The position numbers and the translations under genes were made by a program. Positions 57,789-64,000 of a stretch of 64,000 nt of DNA are shown here, one piece after another. Within the stretch, counting starts at the first letter, position 1, and each line of letters opens with the position of its first letter. The notes under the pieces are model-generated. The model was not told where the DNA came from. It saw nothing but the letters and a program-made list of their open reading frames with translations, and ran no database searches. The DNA is from Methanomassiliicoccaceae archaeon (GTDB taxonomy: Archaea; Thermoplasmatota; Thermoplasmata; Methanomassiliicoccales; Methanomassiliicoccaceae): assembly GCA_040776945.1 (NCBI GenBank), contig JAXGZN010000002.1, forward strand, positions 640,001 to 704,000, written 5' to 3'.

Positions 57789-58876
57789 CGCAGTACCTTC
57801 CTCTTCTTCCTGGTCCCCCTTATCAGAAGGTAAATGAACAGCGGTCCGCCTAGGAACGAGGTTATTATGCCCACCGGCAGCGTATAGACCAGCAGGTTCT
57901 GTCCTACGCAGTCCGCGATGAGCAGGATGATGGCTCCCAGCAGCATCGAGCCCGGGAGCACATACTTATGATCGTTTCCCAGGAACATCCTGACGATGTG
58001 CGGACCGAGCAAACCTATGAAGGCTATTATTCCCATGAACGAGACCACGATAGATGTCATTAGTGCTGAGAGGAACAACGTCTCCATCCTAAGCCAATCG
58101 ACCTTGATACCCAGGGACATGGCCACGTCGTCCCCGGCGTCCAAGGCGTTGAAGTCCCATCTGCGCCACAGGAAGTAGGCGATGACCGCCATGGAGATGA
58201 TGGCGATCAAGGTGAGCTCACCCCAGGACGCCTTTCCAAGGGAGCCGAACTGCCAGAAGACTATGGCCGAAAGGGCGTAATCGTTGTAGATGTACTGAAG
58301 CATGCTTATGCCGGCCGAGAAGATGGAGCTGAGGGCCACACCCGCCAGGACCATGGTTTCCGCGCTGACCCTGGTCACCTTGACCAGGAGGATGATTATC
58401 ACCGTGGCGATCAGGGCCCATGTGAACGCGCTGGCCGAGACCAGGTACGGATTGTTGATGAGTATGGAGGCATGGCTTTGCCCGACCACCAGTCCTCCTC
58501 CCAGTGCTAGAATGCCTAGGGAAGCGCCGAAGGCCGCGGCGTTCGAGATGCCCAGAGTGTAAGGTGAGGCGATTGGGTTCCTGAGGACGCATTGCATCAC
58601 CGTACCCGCAACGCCCAGGGCAAACCCGGCGAACAGGCCGGAGACGATCCGGGGCAGATACAGGTTCCAGAACAGTATCACATCGACCTTGGAATTCTGT
58701 GGGTTGTCCTTATCGAAAATGACCTGGACTATCTCCTCGAACGAAAGGGACCCCAGGTCGATCTTGAGCACGGCTATCGTCGAAATCAAGAGAAGTAGCG
58801 CCAAGGCCACCAGGAATAGGTTCTTCCGCCTTGAATGGGCTAGATACCCTTCTATTCCTCCATTTCTACTGTTCAT
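57785..58876 (-). CDS. FecCD/BtuC-family ABC permease
   Basis: LPR, Q..LRNP.ASP.TLG, GSL, G...A.SLG, I.FIGL..PH and PVG..TS..G.P.F motifs. Confidence 0.93.
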   Translation of the reverse strand: MNSRNGGIEGYLAHSRRKNLFLVALALLLLISTIAVLKIDLGSLSFEEIVQVIFDKDNPQNSKVDVILFWNLYLPRIVSGLFAGFALGVAGTVMQCVLRNPIASPYTLGISNAAAFGASLGILALGGGLVVGQSHASILINNPYLVSASAFTWALIATVIIILLVKVTRVSAETMVLAGVALSSIFSAGISMLQYIYNDYALSAIVFWQFGSLGKASWGELTLIAIISMAVIAYFLWRRWDFNALDAGDDVAMSLGIKVDWLRMETLFLSALMTSIVVSFMGIIAFIGLLGPHIVRMFLGNDHKYVLPGSMLLGAIILLIADCVGQNLLVYTLPVGIITSFLGGPLFIYLLIRGTRKKRKVLR

Positions 58877-58949
58877 CGACCGCCACCATGCCTGACCTGA
58901 GACGCTAGTATGATAAAAATATTGAGCTGGCCTGGGCCAGCGAAGTGGT

Positions 58950-60224
58950 TTAACGCATCGCCGAGAAGGTCATGGTGCCTTCTTCGGATATGAAAATCTC
59001 CCCGTACACGGGATTCGCGCGGCGCACCATGTACATGTTGTTCATGTCCATGTATATGGATGTCGGCTCAGACGGCGCTGGGACATTGGTCGCGGTTATA
59101 TCACGGTTGGACATGTGCGAGCCCAGGAACGCGTCATAGACCGCGTTAACCTTCTGCTCGAACTGCTCCTCGGTCAATAGCCCGTGGGCGTCCTTGAGGA
59201 CCTGGTACGCGGATATCAGGACGTTCTCGAAGTTCATGCCAGTCCATATGTACGGGAAGGCCACATAGGCTTCGTGCCCGATGAACAGCTGCAGGATGCC
59301 CTTGGCCGTGTTGTCCGTGCTCATGTAGAGCCCGGTAGCATCCATGAAGAGGAGAACCTCATCGCCCTCCGCCTCTGCCGCTTGTATGCCCTCCTTGATC
59401 TTGGTCGCCGAATAGGTGCTCACACCCGACCCGTTCATGTCCATGCCCTCGTTGGCCATGATGTTCTTCACCCCGGCCAGGGCGAAGGGCATGTAGTAGG
59501 CGATGGACGAGTCCGGACCGTGGGCTCCATTGTAAGCCAGGGAACCGATGTAGGCGCTGACGTTGGTCGCGGCCTGAGTGGCGATGGTCCTAATGTCCTG
59601 AACCGTATCCTCTATGGCGGCAAGGATCTCCTGGCCCCTCTTATCCATGGCCAGCACCTTGGAGAGCAGGTCAATCTGATCCCTCAGAACGTCCACAACC
59701 CTGAAGGTCACCGGTTCTAGGAAGGTGTAGACGTTGGCGATGGCAACGACGTTCAAGCCCCCATCCAGGAGCGATTGGTACTCGTTGGAGTAATCGGTCT
59801 TGAAGGTTACGGGCACGACCACCAGGGACGGCTCGGCGGTAAGGATGTTGGCCACGTCATCCACGGTGATCCCGCAGTTGGTATGGGAGAAGTCATTGGC
59901 ATCGGATTCGTTGACATCCGCCAGAGCGCGCCCGTGGTACATGAACGACTTGCCCATGAAGTTGGTCTTGTCGTTGATGTCTATCATAATGCACTTGTCA
60001 GCAAGGCCGAAATAGGTCATCCATCGGAAGGGGTCCTGGCCTATCGCCACGATGCCGCGGTCCAGATTGGTGACGGGTTGTATCTCTCTGCCTGCGAAGT
60101 CGATGTCCTCGCCTATGACCGATTCGTTCCCATCGTCCGGCTTTTGGAGCAGAATGCTTCCGCCTATGGCGGCGATGATGATTATCGCAACAGCAGTTAT
60201 TGCGAAGTAGATCTTCCTATTCAT
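58950..60224 (-). CDS. TroA/FecB-like ABC substrate-binding protein
   Basis: N-terminal TM, D.AGR, IVAIG and I....P..V motifs; operon with the permease. Confidence 0.75.
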   Translation of the reverse strand: MNRKIYFAITAVAIIIIAAIGGSILLQKPDDGNESVIGEDIDFAGREIQPVTNLDRGIVAIGQDPFRWMTYFGLADKCIMIDINDKTNFMGKSFMYHGRALADVNESDANDFSHTNCGITVDDVANILTAEPSLVVVPVTFKTDYSNEYQSLLDGGLNVVAIANVYTFLEPVTFRVVDVLRDQIDLLSKVLAMDKRGQEILAAIEDTVQDIRTIATQAATNVSAYIGSLAYNGAHGPDSSIAYYMPFALAGVKNIMANEGMDMNGSGVSTYSATKIKEGIQAAEAEGDEVLLFMDATGLYMSTDNTAKGILQLFIGHEAYVAFPYIWTGMNFENVLISAYQVLKDAHGLLTEEQFEQKVNAVYDAFLGSHMSNRDITATNVPAPSEPTSIYMDMNNMYMVRRANPVYGEIFISEEGTMTFSAMR

Positions 60225-60250
60225 GCGGATGGGAACTGATTTTGCATAGA

Positions 60251-60277
60251 AATACTTTTTTAGAATTCGTGTTACTA
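60251..60277. promoter_or_regulatory. Putative metal-regulator operator AATAC-N15-GTTACTA (copy 2)
   Basis: In the AT-rich promoter of the binding-protein gene; matches 56052-56078. Confidence 0.5.
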
Positions 60278-60491
60278 TTATCATAATGTTTTTAAAAAAA
60301 TATTACGATGTAAAATTAATGAAGTCTCCCGACGGAGGATGACCGTCTCGAACTGGCGATGACCTTGACGGACGCAATTGTTCTAAGAAAGACATCAATA
60401 ATCCTTATGAACAGAACTGTTTCATACTGCGGATCGCCTCAATGAGGCATCCTCATCCTAAGGACGTGACGAAGGGATGAGGCGAACGGAG

Positions 60492-60780
60492 ATGACGGAC
60501 TGGATCGATGAGTGGAAAAACGCCCATGAGCGGTCTATGCTCAAGGTCACCCCGGAGAACGAAGAGAGATGGAAGGTCTTTTAGAGCCTCGATGCCGGGT
60601 ATTATCTTGATGAGGTGAGGTCCGAACCGGCCTTCTATGACCAGGTGATCGACCGCCTGTGCATTGAGGGTTGGGTCCTTGGGAATGACAAGGTCCTCGA
60701 GATAGGCTGCGGACCAGGCACCCTGGCTCTTCCCTTGTACTCAAGGGTCGGTTCAGTTACCGACTTGGACGAGGCGGAGG
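60492..60780 (+). pseudogene. Truncated class I methyltransferase (paralog of 56997-57788)
   Basis: MTDWIDEW...WKVF*(TAG 60582)...VLEIGCGPGT...LD, then abrupt switch to unrelated sequence. Confidence 0.7.
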
Positions 60781-62455
60781 GACACGCCCATTCCCTAAGC
60801 AAGATGCTCCTCGACTCGCCGAACAGGTTCCCCAATGATGCAAGAGCGATGATCGCCAAGGCTTTTCACGCCAAGGTGACCACCGTCAGGGAGTTATCCA
60901 GAACTGCAGACAATACCTTCCTGACCATCAAGGAACCAAAGCCCCCTGCCCTGGAACCGAACCTAACGAGTCCAGCCAAGGTGTGTGACTTGCTACAGAC
61001 GCCATCTGTCCATCACTTAATCGCCGAATCAGACGGCATAAACCGTTTCTTGAAGATGGCTAAGGAGCAGGGTGAGGAGGCGGCCATAACGGCCAAACGA
61101 GAGGAGCTAGCCCCCCGTGTGGAGGCACATGAGAGCAAGATCAGGGAAGATGAGGAGGCCGACATTGCCGCACTCGAGGATGGTTCCTGGTGGGACATTG
61201 TGAACAGTGCGATCGATGAACTTATCGCAGGGGAGCCGCAGCTTAGGAAGGTCATCGTCTTCTCGGCCCTATCGGCTGGATTGAGCGGTAAGAGACAGCA
61301 CCTGATGGCCATCGGTGATTCTCAGACCGGGAAGTCTAATACATTCCGATCGATTGGTTCACGGCTATTTTCTGACCGCTTCATTGACGTAGCAGCAATG
61401 AGTGCAAAATCACTCTATTATGCCACCGATACAGCGGGGGATCCAAGATTATTCGACGGCAAGATCATCCTAGTCGATGAGTTCGCAGACCAGAGCATCG
61501 GGACTCAGAACTTCGTCAAGGCCCTGATGTCCAACGGAACGGAGAAGCTTGCCAACATGACCGTTGATGAGCACCGCAAGTCGAAGACACAGTCCATCGA
61601 GGGCATTCCCGTCATGTGGTTGACTTCTGCGGAGGTCCTGGAGGACCCCGAGGGGCAACTCATGAACCGTCCGCTCATCGTGAACCCTGATGAATCTGCC
61701 GAGCAAACGAGGAAGGTCCTCAACTTCCAGCGGGAAGCGGTGAGCACAGGTTTGCTCAAGACCTCGGACTCCAGAATATCAAGGGCCAGGCGTCTCCTCA
61801 CTCACATCCTCAAAGAGAAGGATTTCGTCATCTACAATCTGTTCTCTAGCCATGTCCAGATATGCGAGGACGATGCCAAGGCCAGGAACACCCTACCAAT
61901 GTTCTTCATCCTGGTTGGCGCCATCGTCTACGCCCACCGCTTCGCTCGCCAGGTCATTAAACTCCCTGACGGGAGGAAGTTGCTTATGGCTAGGTGGGAG
62001 GATAATGTCAAGGCGGCGGAGCTGTGGCAGTGGGCCAGCGGGCCAAAGTCCACTGGACTGCCCAACCGAAACATCGAGCTCCTGAAAATCCTGCCGGCAT
62101 TTGCTGGAGACATCACCGGAGGCTTGGATCTCGATGTTGTCGTGGAGATGTACGCGACCAGGACCGGCCGTATGGTCAGCCACAAGATCATACGGAACTA
62201 CCTCTCGGAACTGTCTACCAAAAATATGGAGACATACTACGAGGATGCTCAGGGCACCAACTGTGGTGCTCGACCGGTTCAGCTCACATCTCTCCAACGA
62301 AGTCCCAGCTGCTCATTGGGATGGATTGCGATGAGGGTAAAGAACTGCTGGACGATGCCCTGAAATCGTTTGAGGAGGCCATCTCCCAACTCCCCATCGA
62401 AATTCGAATTGAGGAGCTAAGGAAGAGAGTCTTCGAAACGTCTCGGAGGTGGTGA
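60781..62455 (+). pseudogene. Mobile-element replication AAA+ ATPase/helicase (MCM-like), N-truncated and frameshifted
   Basis: Walker A GDSQTGKS, Walker B ILVDEF, L.NR; C-terminal wHTH-like part continues in another frame near 62255. Confidence 0.65.
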
Positions 62456-62525
62456 GCTCCCCGTCCCTCTTTGCAGATGAGATAGTGCTATCTAACCGCA
62501 GTGTCCTAACACGAGATGACTGAGA

Positions 62526-63512
62526 ATGCCGTCGAAGGATCGGTGCCTCAGTGAAGCGGTAGAAAAATTTATAGAAACCAAGAGAAAGAAAAAGAGGTCG
62601 GAACATACGATAAAAGGCTACAGCTGGATAATCGGTAAAGTAAGCCGAGAACTAAGGGAGGCGGGTTATGATCCCCATCCGAAGCGTTGGACAGAGAAAT
62701 CCGTGGACTTCCTACTCGATGATGTCTGTAGCGAGTCTAAGCCTGGGGTCACCAGGAGGGAATTCAGCATCCTGAACGCCTACCTAAAGGTGAACGGGAG
62801 CAGCATCATTGAGGATATGGACATCGAATGGCAGGAAGATGGCCGAATAAATGTCCACTGGCTCAGCCTGAACGATGCTAGGAGAATCGAGCAGGAAGCC
62901 AACGGCTTTGAGAGGCTGGTAGTCCACTTGGAGCTGCACATCGGCCTAAGACGAATCGAAGTTTCGAGGCTGAACGTGTCCGACATCCAACTGGGATACT
63001 TCAACATTCTGGGAAAGGGTCGCCGAGGAGGTAAGTGGAGGCAGAATCCATTCGACATGGAAACGAATGCCGAGCTTGCTTACTTCTTCGAGCTTCGGGA
63101 CATGGAGATAATGAAGGCCAAAGCAAAGAATCCTGCTGTGGTCATCTCCGACAACCTGTTGATCTACGAGCGGGGCGGGAACCTTCATCCCTTCAAGCGC
63201 AGCACCGTGGACAACATGCTGAAACGCATACAAGAGCGGACGGGGATTAAGTTTTCGAACCACGTCCTAAGGAGGCAATTCGCCAAGGAGCTGCACATTT
63301 CCGGCGTCCCGATAACTCGCATCTCCGAGCTGTTGGGGCATAAGGACGAACAAACGACCCGCCTTTACATCGGGATAGACATGGATCTAAAGGCCGATGC
63401 TATGAACCAGGTCGCCCAATGGAGAGCACAACAAAGGGCCCAAATGGGCCTGCCCCGGAACGGGGCATTTTTGAGTGAAGCCAGAATAGTGAGTGGACAG
63501 AGCGGGATTTGA
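62526..63512 (+). CDS. int: Tyrosine recombinase/integrase, catalytically intact
   Basis: GLRRIEV (R), GKG (K), HVLRR, LGH and LYIG (Y); last codons lie within the tRNA 3' end. Confidence 0.92.
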   Translation: MPSKDRCLSEAVEKFIETKRKKKRSEHTIKGYSWIIGKVSRELREAGYDPHPKRWTEKSVDFLLDDVCSESKPGVTRREFSILNAYLKVNGSSIIEDMDIEWQEDGRINVHWLSLNDARRIEQEANGFERLVVHLELHIGLRRIEVSRLNVSDIQLGYFNILGKGRRGGKWRQNPFDMETNAELAYFFELRDMEIMKAKAKNPAVVISDNLLIYERGGNLHPFKRSTVDNMLKRIQERTGIKFSNHVLRRQFAKELHISGVPITRISELLGHKDEQTTRLYIGIDMDLKADAMNQVAQWRAQQRAQMGLPRNGAFLSEARIVSGQSGI

Positions 63513-63566
63513 ACCCGCGGCCTCGACATTGCGAATGTCGCGATCTTCCAGCTGATCTATCTGCCC
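63494..63566 (-). tRNA. tRNA-Ala(CGC)
   Basis: GGGCAGATAGATCAGCTGGAAGATCGCGACATTCGCAATGTCGAGGCCGCGGGTTCAAATCCCGCTCTGTCCA; G3:U70; no intron; CCA not encoded; TTATAA box upstream. Confidence 0.95.
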
Positions 63567-64000
63567 TTGTAGGTCGAGGTAATGGAATCCTGCTTATAAT
63601 CTTTTTCTCGACGGGCTCCTCGCCAGCACGTAAACGAACGACCTGCGCCACGATGAACGACATCCGAGATAGGAGTGCGATGGTACCCTCCTGTGGGTGT
63701 CGCTGAATGCGGCGCTGCACGAACGGATAAGGAATGCGTTCCTGTGTCCCCTAGGTGCCTTCCGAGAGCATCTCTCACGAGGCCGCGGGTCTATCGGTCC
63801 GGGAGGCCTTCATGCTGCACGACTGTCTAAGCCGGCTCCTTAGACGAACCGATCGTTTCCTCTTCAAGCCGTAACTCCTTATCGACATCCTTCCAAATTA
63901 GTGTGCCACCGCTGACCCGGCCATATGATGATCTCCATAGGAAAGCTCATCGAATCGGTCAGTTGCAAGTTGAACTCCCCTGATTCCCCGGAACCCTTCC

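Larger units (their letters stand above)
53497..63509. mobile_element. Roughly 10 kb tRNA-Ala-integrated element, partly degraded
   Basis: Direct-repeat att ends, integrase overlapping the tRNA 3' end, replication-type ATPase, visibly lower-GC segments. Confidence 0.8.

Noticed and set aside
60582-60584. In-frame TAG as a pyrrolysine codon
   Set aside because: It aligns with the Trp of the FW motif in the intact paralog (TGG to TAG), and the gene is truncated anyway, so a nonsense mutation is simpler.

Overview
GC-rich archaeal chromosomal segment, most likely from a Methanomassiliicoccales-type (Thermoplasmata-related) methanogen. This is inferred from methanogenesis marker 2, DUF6015/DUF2769-like proteins, archaeal MptE, an archaeal SRP RNA and GGTGA-type ribosome-binding sites. 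Core genes (1-51 kb): an Opp/Dpp ABC operon whose binding protein is circularly permuted; class III RNR (nrdD) with a divergent wHTH gene sharing a repeated GTTACCA operator; SRP RNA with a UGAC helix-8 loop; a lipA-pdhABC operon lacking E3, convergent with an FDR-thioredoxin-lplB-lplA operon; hisD, ABC-F, pepF and two-component genes; and a three-gene operon encoding a secreted CxCH protein, a NapH-like membrane polyferredoxin and a full CcmF heme lyase. The right end (about 53.3-63.6 kb) is a tRNA-Ala(CGC) integration hotspot. A roughly 10 kb element bounded by a 17-bp att duplication carries an intact tyrosine integrase, a decayed replication ATPase, a metal ABC-uptake cassette and remnants of a type I-G CRISPR-Cas locus (no array seen). 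It abuts a second, older integrase pseudogene. All family assignments come from motif recognition by eye; no database searches were run.
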